Source of the DNA: a virus
Taxonomy: Duplodnaviria > Heunggongvirae > Uroviricota > Caudoviricetes
Reading direction: 5' to 3' (one strand)
Length of the DNA stretch: 44,047 nt
IMG/VR virus record: IMGVR_UViG_2671180473_000014
In this document: positions 20,873-29,520 of the stretch, in pieces
Layout of the letters: the number at the start of each line of letters is the position of its first letter
How positions within the stretch are numbered: position 1 is the first letter of the stretch
Program-made: the position numbers and the translations under genes
The notes under the pieces: model-generated
What the model was told of the DNA's origin: nothing
Seen by the model: only the letters and a program-made list of their open reading frames with translations
Databases searched by the model: none

Positions 20873-21635
20873 GCATGATCTCCACCATGCGCTGCGTCAT
20901 TCGGACAAATCCATTTTCAATAGCCTGCTGATAATCAATGATCACCAGCGCCGACTCCTCGAAAAGGCACTGAATTTCAGCGGGGGCATGAGCGTAATAG
21001 TCCGCAATTCTGCTGAAATTAAACACCGTGTGACGTTCTGCTGCACACAGGAGGAATTTCTCAATATCAGGATCAAGGGACGCCGAACGTATCCGGCTGA
21101 TCAGCTCCTGAGTTTTCGTATCGTCGTACAGTTCACTGATATCCGGTTTACCGCCTGACGGCTCATAAACAGGCGTATCAATTTTCGTCGTATACGGCTC
21201 CTCCTCATTTCCTGTACCGGGCAAAACATCCGTCAACAGTTCATCAATTTCTGCCGGGATGAAGCCTGTCAGGGAGACATCAAAATCAGCATTGATTAGG
21301 TCCGACAGCTCCATCCGCAACAGATCTTCATCCCAGCCAGCATTCATCGGCAGGCGATTATCTGCCAGGCGGTACGCCTTTTTCTGCTCATCCGTCAGGC
21401 CAGACAGAACAATGACCGGAACAGAATCCATTTTGAGCATTTCAGCCGCCATAACACGACCGTGACCCGCAATAATTTCGCCCTTTTCGTCAATCAGCAC
21501 CGGATTAGTCCAGCCGAATTGCTTAATACTTTCTACCAGTTGTGCCACCTGCTCAGTACTGTGCGTCCTGGCGTTGTGCGCATACGGTGACAATTCTTGT
21601 AATGGGCGATAGACTATCTTTAATTTCTCGCTCAT
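20847..21635 (-). CDS. ParB/sulfiredoxin-like nuclease-domain protein
   Basis: 262-aa ORF with ParB-type N-terminal signature (...NPVLIDEKGEIIAGHGRVMAAEM...); stop overlaps the start of the glycosyltransferase-like gene by 26 nt. Confidence 0.65.
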   Translation of the reverse strand: MSEKLKIVYRPLQELSPYAHNARTHSTEQVAQLVESIKQFGWTNPVLIDEKGEIIAGHGRVMAAEMLKMDSVPVIVLSGLTDEQKKAYRLADNRLPMNAGWDEDLLRMELSDLINADFDVSLTGFIPAEIDELLTDVLPGTGNEEEPYTTKIDTPVYEPSGGKPDISELYDDTKTQELISRIRSASLDPDIEKFLLCAAERHTVFNFSRIADYYAHAPAEIQCLFEESALVIIDYQQAIENGFVRMTQRMVEIMHGGEEEYA

Positions 21636-21772
21636 ACAGCCTTGCTTTATGAATAAAACGCACCCCAGCAGCCAGTGCTACTGGGGGCGGAGGTGTTGCT
21701 GGTAAAGTTAGGTATTGGATCAATGAGTGAGTCAACATAATATTAAACTCACAATTATAAATCAGCCATATA

Positions 21773-23230
21773 TTAGGAGCGCCAAAAAAAACCTGAAAAC
21801 AATATAATAACAGGATAAATTTCAAGGCGACCAAGAATCATAGCTATGCACATTAAATATTTTGCAATGTCATTAAGCACTCCGAATGACGATGCAGTAG
21901 CCCCAAAACCTAATCCCATATTATTAATACATGCAGCCACTGTTGCAAATGATGTAAGAAAATCATATCCCATACCATTTAACACCAGTATAAAAAACAC
22001 CGTGAAGAGAGTATAAAGAAAAAAGAAACTCCATACAGACCTCATTACACGATCTGTAACTATCTTCCCTCCTACATTTACACTCAACAACGCTCTGGGA
22101 TGAGAAAGCTGATTTATCTCGTGTTTGCTTTGTTTGAAAAGTATAAGAAATCGAAGTGACTTAATTCCACCACAGGTTGAACCTATACATCCCCCAAAGA
22201 AACTTGACAACAGCAAAAACACTATCGTGTGCGTGGGCCAGTTTGCATAATCCTGCGTAGCTAAACCATTATCAGTGAGCATGGAGCTGGCAAGAAAAAA
22301 CGAATGAATAAAACTTCCATGCAAGTCATACATACCTATATGCCAGACCTGGAAAGAGGTAACAATGATCACCCCTAAGGCTATTAACAGAAAGAAACGA
22401 AGTTCAATATCTCTGATTAAAGGTTTTATCGTTTTTCTGCTAATAACAATATACCAAAGAGTGAAGTTGAAAGCCGATAGCAGGGAAAAAGAACCAGCCA
22501 CCAGCTCAACCAAATAGTTATTAAAATATCCGATACTCTCGCTATGAGTTGAGAAACCACCAAGCGAAACTGTGGAAATCCCGTGACAAATAGCATCAAA
22601 CAAAGGCATTCCTGCAAGTCTATAACAGACAATACAAGCAATACCTAATAAAGAATAAGTTATCCACAGTGTCCGTGACGTATCGGCCAGGCGGGGAGTG
22701 AGTTTGTCATCCTTAAATGGCCCCGGCATTTCTGACTGATAAAGCTTTGCACCACCAATACCCAATAATGGCAATACTGCAACCGCCAGAACAATAACTC
22801 CTAAACCACCTATAAAATTTAACTGTGACCGATAGTACAAATATGCCCGAGGTAATGAACTAACATCATCAATTACAGTTGCTCCTGTTGTTGTTATTCC
22901 AGAAACCCCTTCAAACAGAGCATCAATGAACGTTAAATTAAGTTCTGAGTCAATCCATAAAGGGAATGCACTAATAACAGAAAACAAAATCCAAAACATT
23001 ACAATTATAATAAACCCATCACGGGTACGTAATTGAATGCCAGATTTCTTAGTTGTATACCACGCTCCGCCACCAATGCAAAAAAATATAACGAAAGTTA
23101 TAAAGAAAACGAACAGGCTTTTTTCTTTATAAAACAATGCTACAACCATTGGTGGCAACATTGAAAGACTATAGAGCCAAACCAGGAACCCACACATATG
23201 AGTAACAACTCTTACATGAGATGTATTCAT
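21773..23230 (-). CDS. trkG: Trk-system potassium uptake protein TrkG (TrkH/KtrB family)
   Basis: 485 aa from MNTSHVRVVTHMCGFLVWLYSL...; multi-pass membrane protein with the GIGGAK / GLGFG-type selectivity-loop motifs; known Rac prophage cargo gene; AT-rich relative to its flanks. Confidence 0.9.
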   Translation of the reverse strand: MNTSHVRVVTHMCGFLVWLYSLSMLPPMVVALFYKEKSLFVFFITFVIFFCIGGGAWYTTKKSGIQLRTRDGFIIIVMFWILFSVISAFPLWIDSELNLTFIDALFEGVSGITTTGATVIDDVSSLPRAYLYYRSQLNFIGGLGVIVLAVAVLPLLGIGGAKLYQSEMPGPFKDDKLTPRLADTSRTLWITYSLLGIACIVCYRLAGMPLFDAICHGISTVSLGGFSTHSESIGYFNNYLVELVAGSFSLLSAFNFTLWYIVISRKTIKPLIRDIELRFFLLIALGVIIVTSFQVWHIGMYDLHGSFIHSFFLASSMLTDNGLATQDYANWPTHTIVFLLLSSFFGGCIGSTCGGIKSLRFLILFKQSKHEINQLSHPRALLSVNVGGKIVTDRVMRSVWSFFFLYTLFTVFFILVLNGMGYDFLTSFATVAACINNMGLGFGATASSFGVLNDIAKYLMCIAMILGRLEIYPVIILFSGFFWRS

Positions 23231-23367
23231 ATCTAAATATTCTTTCAATTATAACCACCTTGCTGCAATATTATGATTATACTGTATAAAATTTAACTCC
23301 TCTTAGATCTTACTTCACTGTTCCTTATGAAACAATCATCAAAATGAATCATATTGTAGTTAAGATT

Positions 23368-23675
23368 TTACTTTAAACACTGCTCGGTTATGTATTGCTG
23401 AGCACCTTCAAGTTGGGCCTGCATCATTACCAGTCGTTCCCGGAGGGTGAAATAATCCCGTTCAGCGGTGTCTGCCAGTCGGGGGGAGGCTGCATTATCC
23501 ACGCCGGAGGCGGTGGTGGCTTCACGCACTGACTGACAGACTGCTTTGATGTGCAACCGACGACGACCAGCGGCAACATCATCACGCAGAGCATCATTTT
23601 CAGCTTTCGCATCAGCTAACTCCTTCGTGTATTTTGCATCGAGCGCAGCAACATCACGCTGACGCATCTGCATGT
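23368..23675 (-). CDS. Rz: Spanin inner-membrane subunit Rz (partial; N-terminus lost in N-run)
   Basis: ...MQMRQRDVAALDAKYTKELADAKAENDALRDDVAAGRRRLHIKAVCQ... matches the lambda Rz C-terminal two thirds. Confidence 0.85.
23427..23612 (-). CDS. Rz1: Spanin outer-membrane lipoprotein Rz1 (embedded in Rz, +1 frame)
   Basis: MRKLKMMLCVMMLPLVVVGCTSKQSVSQCVKPPPPPAWIMQPPPDWQTPLNG...; lipobox VVGC and proline-rich body, nested entirely inside Rz. Confidence 0.85.
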   Translation of the reverse strand: MRKLKMMLCVMMLPLVVVGCTSKQSVSQCVKPPPPPAWIMQPPPDWQTPLNGIISPSGNDW

Positions 23676-24039
23676 NNNNNNNNNNNNNNNNNNNNNNNNN
23701 NNNNNNNNNNNNNNNNNNNNNNNNNNNNNNNNNNNNNNNNNNNNNNNNNNNNNNNNNNNNNNNNNNNNNNNNNNNNNNNNNNNNNNNNNNNNNNNNNNNN
23801 NNNNNNNNNNNNNNNNNNNNNNNNNNNNNNNNNNNNNNNNNNNNNNNNNNNNNNNNNNNNNNNNNNNNNNNNNNNNNNNNNNNNNNNNNNNNNNNNNNNN
23901 NNNNNNNNNNNNNNNNNNNNNNNNNNNNNNNNNNNNNNNNNNNNNNNNNNNNNNNNNNNNNNNNNNNNNNNNNNNNNNNNNNNNNNNNNNNNNNNNNNNN
24001 NNNNNNNNNNNNNNNNNNNNNNNNNNNNNNNNNNNNNNN
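23676..24039. other. Assembly gap (364 N) across the endolysin 3' end and the Rz 5' end
   Basis: Run of n characters. Confidence 1.
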
Positions 24040-24425
24040 TTGATATCGCCCTGGTTTATTTTGCGAAGAAGCGTCGATGTTCTGAAATTGCCAGCGCCCA
24101 CGTTGTAAACGAACGAGTAAAGAGCGCCGCGCGTTGTTTCCGGTATATCGACTTTGATGTACGGGTTAATTTGTCTGGCGACAGTGGCAAGGTCTTTATT
24201 CAAGAGTGTTTTGCATTCTGCTTTGGTATACGTTTTACCGAGCATGATGTCTTTTCCTGTATGCCCGTGACATACAGTCCATACACCAACAATATCTTTG
24301 TATGGTATGTAGCTGACACCTTCCAGACCATCGTTACCACTTGGGCCAGTGATTAACACTGATGCTATAGCAATTGCTCCGCCACCAATAGCAGCAGCAA
24401 CGACTTTTCGTAATGATGGAGGCAT
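24040..24425 (-). CDS. R: SAR endolysin (P21 R-type lysozyme; partial, C-terminus lost in N-run)
   Basis: [57 protein letters not shown]...; N-terminal Gly/Ala-rich signal-anchor-release segment followed by a T4-lysozyme-type catalytic region. Confidence 0.85.
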
Positions 24426-24640
24426 TATTCACCTCTCGCAGCCTTGCGCTTATCTTCTTTAATCTTGAAATAAAGGTTTGTCAGGTACGTCAGCAGGCCA
24501 AATACCAGACTACCCAGCACACCGATTGCAGCCCACTGTGACGGAGTTACTCTATCGAGCAACTGTAAAAACCAGTAGCCAGCACTGCCTGCGGAGGTGC
24601 CGTAGGCAATGCCTGTTGAAATTTTGTCCATGGATTTCAT
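24425..24640 (-). CDS. S: Pinholin S (phage 21 S-type) with dual-start motif
   Basis: [71 protein letters not shown]; two in-frame ATGs (24638-24640 and 24629-24631) giving antiholin and holin forms; strong SD GGAGGTGA upstream; TGA/ATG-coupled to R. Confidence 0.85.
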   Translation of the reverse strand: MKSMDKISTGIAYGTSAGSAGYWFLQLLDRVTPSQWAAIGVLGSLVFGLLTYLTNLYFKIKEDKRKAARGE

Positions 24641-24891
24641 AGCCTCACCTCCGCACGGAACGGATGGCATAGTTATTATGTGTAGGCTTTCAGACACATC
24701 AATCAGAGCCTTAATTGATATATATGCTGGAGACGATGCAATATAAAAAGCTCGCCGTAGCGAGCTAATAAAATGTATTTCTCTGATATTATGTTTATTT
24801 GTATTAGCTCAGACTTGACATCACAGGTTTCGTATATAGAACATCATCAAATCTGTCAGTTTGCTATGAATGAGATATAGTAATTGAAGAG

Positions 24892-25287
24892 CTAACCTCG
24901 CATGTCAAAGCCAGATTTCTGAAAATCTCTGTAGACTTCCGGATTGTTGAAGGCCGGAAATTTGGCTTTATGAGCTGCGGACTTTATCGCTTCGCAATAG
25001 GCTTTATCACCGTTACTGGTAGATATTTTTAACGCCGTGCCATCCTGAGAGAATTCCATATGCAACCTGCATTTTTTCCCTTTCCAGTTATGCGGCTCAT
25101 CAAGTTTGGCATTAATTGCAGCTCTGATTCCCCGCGCTTGCGCCCCCCATTCATCCTGATCATCCCAGCGTCCTGAACTGCAACTACCTGTAGCAGTAGT
25201 TTTGTGGCAATCTGAAGGGTGTAAAGGTGTGCATCCCGCAACAAAACCGACCCAAAAAGTCAACATAACGATTTTCTTTAATCCCAC
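24892..25287 (-). CDS. Lipoprotein with TolA C-terminal (domain III)-like domain, paralog 2
   Basis: Signal peptide plus lipobox (MGLKKIVMLTFWVGFVAGC, GTG start with GAGGAG SD) and C-terminal region ...GIRAAINAKLDEPHNWKGKKCRLHMEFSQDGTALKI...KFPAFNNPEVYRDFQKSGFDMRG, collinear with the TolA C-terminal pattern. Confidence 0.6.
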   Translation of the reverse strand: MGLKKIVMLTFWVGFVAGCTPLHPSDCHKTTATGSCSSGRWDDQDEWGAQARGIRAAINAKLDEPHNWKGKKCRLHMEFSQDGTALKISTSNGDKAYCEAIKSAAHKAKFPAFNNPEVYRDFQKSGFDMRG

Positions 25288-25437
25288 TTCTTGCTCCTCA
25301 ATCCATTAAAATCTCAGCAATAGTAGTTGTTACGTCCGCCACTGGCTCAGAGCTGACTATCCGCTAAATTTAGCTCAGTGCCGTAGCTGTGTCAGAACAA
25401 ACCTAAGCCGAAACCGTTTATTACAAAACAATAAATA

Positions 25438-25866
25438 TCAGGGTTTAAAATCCAGCACCCCATTTTGAAATACTTTATATACTTCCGGCGAAGGGGGGGC
25501 AGGTATATCAGCATTCTTTATCGCATTCATCGCTTCACGACATAAATCGAGGTCTCCACTTTCTCTTTTAACCTCCAGTAGAAGGCCATTCGGGGCCATA
25601 TGCATTCTCAGTGTACACTCTTTTCCTGAATACTTACTCGCATCCCCGAACTGTTTTTCGATGGCGCTCTTGATTTGATGGGCATACAGACGGATATCCT
25701 CACTAACATCAGAAGTACGTTCAGATGAACTCACATACTGTGTCTCTATTGCTTTATCGGAGTAATATGATGTACGGTCATGATAATTTGTCGATACAGC
25801 ATCAGTGCACCCGATAATAATCCCACTAATAATCAACGTAAGAATTGATGCGCTACGAAAACCCAT
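25438..25866 (-). CDS. Lipoprotein with TolA C-terminal (domain III)-like domain, paralog 1
   Basis: Lipobox IIIGC; C-terminal 80 aa YAHQIKSAIEKQFGDASKYSGKECTLRMHMAPNGLLLEVKRESGDLDLCREAMNAIKNADIPAPPSPEVYKVFQNGVLDFKP closely resembles the E. coli TolA C-terminus as recalled (...YAGQIKSAIESKFYDASSYAGKTCTLRIKLAPDGMLLDIKPEGGDPALCQAALAAAKLAKIPKPPSQAVYEVFKNAPLDFKP). Confidence 0.7.
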   Translation of the reverse strand: MGFRSASILTLIISGIIIGCTDAVSTNYHDRTSYYSDKAIETQYVSSSERTSDVSEDIRLYAHQIKSAIEKQFGDASKYSGKECTLRMHMAPNGLLLEVKRESGDLDLCREAMNAIKNADIPAPPSPEVYKVFQNGVLDFKP

Positions 25867-26803
25867 TTTTCCTCACATATGTCATATAGTAAAGGATTAT
25901 ATATACCGTTGTTTTGGACGCTCAAACAGCGAATCAGATCAAATAAAACGCACATTTGTTAACATTTACACAAAGTCTGCGTGGGATATTCTGAAAGAAT
26001 ATCCATAATGTGGAGAGAATCTATTGAAGTGCATGGTGCCGGGTGCCTCCCGGTGAACAAAATGTTCGTGATACCTGTCGGCGACAGAAAAGGTTAATGG
26101 TATCACCCCACCGCACAGGGGGATTCACCATGCAGGAGTTTTCTTAGCAAACTCACTGCGCGCCCGGCAACTCCCAACCACATAAAATGCGGAGTTTGTG
26201 GCATTTATGCATATAACTCGCAGGAATTATCTTAAAAAACTGATGTCGATCCGGATTAAAAAGAAGCAGGTCATCATCAGATGACTGGAAAAAAGGAAAA
26301 CAAAAAATACTCATCATACAGTTTTGATTGCAGGGATGAGCCTGCTATGCACAATATGCAGAATATAAGCAAGATAAAAATATGCAGGCATATTATTTCG
26401 GATCTTGTTATTAACACAACCTTTTTAATAATCATTTGGCATACAATAAACCAGCCCAAAAAGAACCGCCTAAACAGGCGGTTGGTCAATACAAAGGATG
26501 CTTCGTCTTTATTATAGTAATCTGAGGCGTCGGGTGTCTTGTATCAGACAACATATTGTCCCGCTAAACAGCGAATTACAAACCACCCTGCAATGATCTC
26601 TCATCTCATTTTATATGAGTTGACGACATCAGGATAACGCATCATCAGCCCCTGCCAAGAAATATCAAAACTCCCGCCAGCAATGTGTTATCACAATATT
26701 GTAAAAAAAACACAGCACCGAAACTATAACTGGTCTCTGTTATAATTTGGAGCAGAAAGACCAGTTGCCCAACTAGCAGCATTCTCCCCTGCTTTCCTGA
26801 CGT

Positions 26804-26830
26804 AAAAAAACCGCATTAAGCGGTTTTTTT
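26804..26830. terminator. Bidirectional intrinsic terminator (possible tR'-like terminator just downstream of the Q-like gene)
   Basis: AAAAAAACCGC-ATTA-AGCGGTTTTTTT: GC stem with A-run on one side and T-run on the other, about 80 nt downstream of the Q-like stop on the minus strand. Confidence 0.6.
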
Positions 26831-26910
26831 ACGATGTCCATGTCTGCAATCCGCCTCGCGATACAGCTTTGCGAAGCATAGCAAAATTGAAGCAGTTTAT
26901 ACGTAAGAAA

Positions 26911-27453
26911 TCAAGCCATTTTCTCAGCAAATGATTCACGCATGGGAATATATAGGGCATACTCAGCAACAGCTAACCAATTAGCAATCCGTTTTTCGCA
27001 TGTGCTAAAACACCACTCTGGGTGTGCATCATTTAGCAATTCAGCCATTTTGCGCTTAGTCATCCCCCGCCCTTCATAGCGTTGCCGGAGAATGCAAATC
27101 AATCCTGGATGCTCTGCCAGCACCTCACTTATGACTCGATCAATACATAACGCCTCTGCATCAGTACAATGCGCCAGCCAGCTCTTTTGCTTGCCGTTGA
27201 TCATCTCTCGCAAAAACGCTTCCAGCTCAGCTTTCTCTATTCCCGCTTTTTTCATTCTGCGCAGGGCTTCATTAATGGCTGTTTTCGTCAGTTTTTTGGA
27301 TGCCAACAACTGATTGAACATATTCCCTGACCTGCCACCGCCAATATACGACCAGCGCCCCCACATACGTAGTTTTCCCTGAATCCAGACACTTTCCAGC
27401 GTGGTGAGGCGAAGGTGTTCTCCGCTTTTTCCTGTATTCGTTGGGTAAATCAT
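26911..27453 (-). CDS. Putative late-gene antiterminator (Q-like, by position)
   Basis: 180-aa ORF immediately upstream (in transcription order) of a terminator and the lysis cassette, following nin-type genes; no sequence-level match recalled. Confidence 0.35.
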   Translation of the reverse strand: MIYPTNTGKSGEHLRLTTLESVWIQGKLRMWGRWSYIGGGRSGNMFNQLLASKKLTKTAINEALRRMKKAGIEKAELEAFLREMINGKQKSWLAHCTDAEALCIDRVISEVLAEHPGLICILRQRYEGRGMTKRKMAELLNDAHPEWCFSTCEKRIANWLAVAEYALYIPMRESFAEKMA

Positions 27454-27740
27454 AAATGACCTTTCTTTCTCCAGATTTCTTGTGTGCGAAAAACCCCTTC
27501 AGCATGCATCAGGCGCAATTCTTCTTTGGTGTAATCGCTGGTTTTTACCCGCCCGTCGATTAGATCGTGGCATGAGCTACAGGCTATCGCCGCCTGCATA
27601 TCATGTGGTTTTGTCGCTGTTCCGCACGTCCCCGCCAGCCTGTAATGCGCCAGCACAGAGGTTTCGGGATTGTGATTGCAGTAGCCAGGGATTCTGATCT
27701 GGCACATCTGGCCTTTAGCCGCTTTACGTAAATTCACCAT
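27450..27740 (-). CDS. YbcO-like (DUF1364) putative Zn-binding nuclease
   Basis: 96-aa ORF MVNLRKAAKGQMCQIRIPGYCNHNPETSVLAHYRLAG...ACSSCHDLIDGR with the Cys pattern and N-terminal motif recalled for DLP12 YbcO. Confidence 0.6.
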   Translation of the reverse strand: MVNLRKAAKGQMCQIRIPGYCNHNPETSVLAHYRLAGTCGTATKPHDMQAAIACSSCHDLIDGRVKTSDYTKEELRLMHAEGVFRTQEIWRKKGHL

Positions 27741-28339
27741 TACGCAAACTCCAGTAGTTGTGCGGCCACATTTTCAACTTCCTCCTGAGAGGAGAATTTA
27801 CGGAACAGAATCCAGTTCCACAGCACATTCAGTACAGATTTATAAACCTGCTGAAACTCGACTTCGTCCATATTCGCAAAAGCGATGGATTTTGCCCGAC
27901 GCCCACGGCTACCGTCCGGATAAATATGCTCGGTGTAAAATCCGGCCTGAATGGTTACCCACTCGCGGAAAGCCTCAAACGACTTTAGCAACGCCGTATC
28001 CCGGGTTCTACGAGTCGCAACGGTGTTAAGGTATTGCTCTGCGGCATCACTCAGGGCTGGCGTGTGTTCCCGACCAACTGATTCGCACAGGTAATCAACG
28101 AAACCAGACAGCAGTTCTCGTTCGCGAGGCGTGATCGCCCCACCGACCGGAGTCCAGTAATCGAATCCCAGTTGCAGGAGTTTGAAAAAACGCTTGTGGA
28201 ATGCGTAGTTACGCACACGCTTAAAGTCTGCGTGTATCCACTCACCTATTTTGATTTGATGCAGAAAATCGCAACTCTCCGGCGTCGCCGGGAGAAGTAA
28301 ACCAGAAGAGGTTTGTTTGACCAGTTGTATATGCGCCAT
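27740..28339 (-). CDS. nin-region phage protein (DUF1367-like)
   Basis: 199-aa ORF MAHIQLVKQTSSGLLLPATPESCDFLHQIKIGEWIHADFKRVRNYAFHKRFFKLL...; ATGA-coupled to the YbcO-like gene; family assignment from memory only. Confidence 0.4.
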   Translation of the reverse strand: MAHIQLVKQTSSGLLLPATPESCDFLHQIKIGEWIHADFKRVRNYAFHKRFFKLLQLGFDYWTPVGGAITPRERELLSGFVDYLCESVGREHTPALSDAAEQYLNTVATRRTRDTALLKSFEAFREWVTIQAGFYTEHIYPDGSRGRRAKSIAFANMDEVEFQQVYKSVLNVLWNWILFRKFSSQEEVENVAAQLLEFA

Positions 28340-28619
28340 TTCTCAATCTCTCGATGGCGCAGCGCAGCAGATGCCAGTTGTTCAGGCTGACGAATAAAGT
28401 ATAAATAAACTGGCTATGGTGTAAAGCCCCACATAGCATGAACAAACACTACATATCAAATAGCTGGTACAAGGATAGAAATACGACACTTATTATTAAA
28501 AACGATTAGATAAATTACATTTTAATGTTATGCAAAAGTTCTTTTTTATCATAACATTTCAATAAAAGCATTACAGATGCAATCATCCCGTCATCATCAA
28601 TTATTTAAGGTGGTTAAAC

Positions 28620-28706
28620 ATGGAAAATAACAAGTTCGCACATCTCGCTCCTTTTTTATCCGTAATCCTTTTCGCTTGTTGTTTTATATGGGCATTATTT
28701 TTATAA
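28620..28706 (+). CDS. Small hydrophobic peptide (28 aa), candidate membrane peptide / toxin-like ORF
   Basis: ATG at 28620 preceded by AAGGTGG Shine-Dalgarno at good spacing; translation MENNKFAHLAPFLSVILFACCFIWALFL (one predicted transmembrane helix); lies in the AT-rich island. Confidence 0.3.
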   Translation: MENNKFAHLAPFLSVILFACCFIWALFL

Positions 28707-29110
28707 AGTAGCCACATGATAAGTTGCTGGAATCATATTTCCCACTCAAGTCATTAACATTTGATAAGATATATCTAAAAGGACGCCTTTACATTATTTA
28801 TGCGTATATAATTTATTTATATACACAGTAAAGGTATCCTGGGAAAATATTTATCGTTAAAAAATACATCATAAATAATTAAGCTGAAATTTCAGAACAC
28901 AACTAATACACACAATAAGGTTCAGTAACAGTAATCTATGTGGACTACATCGAGATTTTTTGATTAAACTTTAATAACTTATTCCTAACACACAGAATGC
29001 ATAAACTAAAAGTAAAACAAATAGTTATACGAAAAACAACCATATTTATTCTATCTTCTCCTCTAATCAACATATCAATTATGTGTTTCATAACAGCTTG
29101 ACATAACCCT

Positions 29111-29141
29111 CCAAAAGATGCATTTTTAATGCATGTTTTGG
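29111..29141 (+). promoter_or_regulatory. Imperfect 31-bp palindrome resembling an NsrR operator, overlapping the promoter of the yeaR-like gene
   Basis: CCAAAAGATGCATTTTTAATGCATGTTTTGG; core AAGATGCATTT-T-TAATGCATGTT (29115-29137) versus the recalled NsrR 11-1-11 consensus AAGATGCATTT-n-AAATGCATCTT; TTGACA at 29098-29103 upstream and SD GGAGGAGGTGG downstream. Confidence 0.5.
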
Positions 29142-29152
29142 AGGAGGTGGTT

Positions 29153-29491
29153 ATGACACACAAGAGAATTCCTAAAGATTGGGTAATCAAACGCTCAACT
29201 CCGTTCTTCACAAAAGAGAACGTACCTTCAGCGTTATTAACACATCATAATACAGCAGCAGGTGTTTTTGGGCAGTTGTGCGTAATGGAAGGCACTGTAA
29301 CATATTATGGTTTTACTGATGAGAATGCTACTGAACCGGAGATAAAAGTAGTCATTAATGCTGGCGCTTTTGCAACAAGCCCACCACAATACTGGCACCG
29401 TGTTGAACTAAGCGATGATGCTCAGTTTAATATTAACTTTTGGGTCGCTCCAGACTTTTCGGGCGAAAAAGTCTATAGCACCAAAAAATAG
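29153..29491 (+). CDS. YeaR-like DUF1971 protein
   Basis: 112 aa from ATG 29153 (MTHKRIPKDWVIKRSTPFFTKENVPSALLTHHNTAAGVFGQLCVMEGTVTYYGFTDENATEPE...PPQYWHRVELSDDAQFNINFWVAPDF); pattern RSTPF...VM.G.V.Y.G..DE..EP...AG.FA..PP..WH..E..DD..FNI.F.VAP shared with E. coli YeaR as recalled. Confidence 0.6.
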   Translation: MTHKRIPKDWVIKRSTPFFTKENVPSALLTHHNTAAGVFGQLCVMEGTVTYYGFTDENATEPEIKVVINAGAFATSPPQYWHRVELSDDAQFNINFWVAPDFSGEKVYSTKK

Positions 29492-29520
29492 ATGATCATA
29501 TTAAAAATGCTTTAACAGTC

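Noticed and set aside
26277-26517. ORFs 26277-26489 (-) and 26281-26517 (+) in the Q-to-lysis non-coding region
   Set aside because: Mutually overlapping on opposite strands in AT-rich DNA, with low-complexity translations (Ile/Phe/Lys runs) and no RBS.
25867-26910. tRNA genes, CRISPR array or stx-like toxin genes between Q and S
   Set aside because: No T-arm or anticodon-arm like motifs, no spaced direct repeats and no ORFs of suitable size were seen by eye; only a terminator hairpin.
26911-27453. Confident assignment of the 180-aa protein as a specific Q family (lambda Q, Q82 or QuuD-like)
   Set aside because: I could not match its sequence to any Q protein I recall. The call rests on position only and is kept at low confidence.
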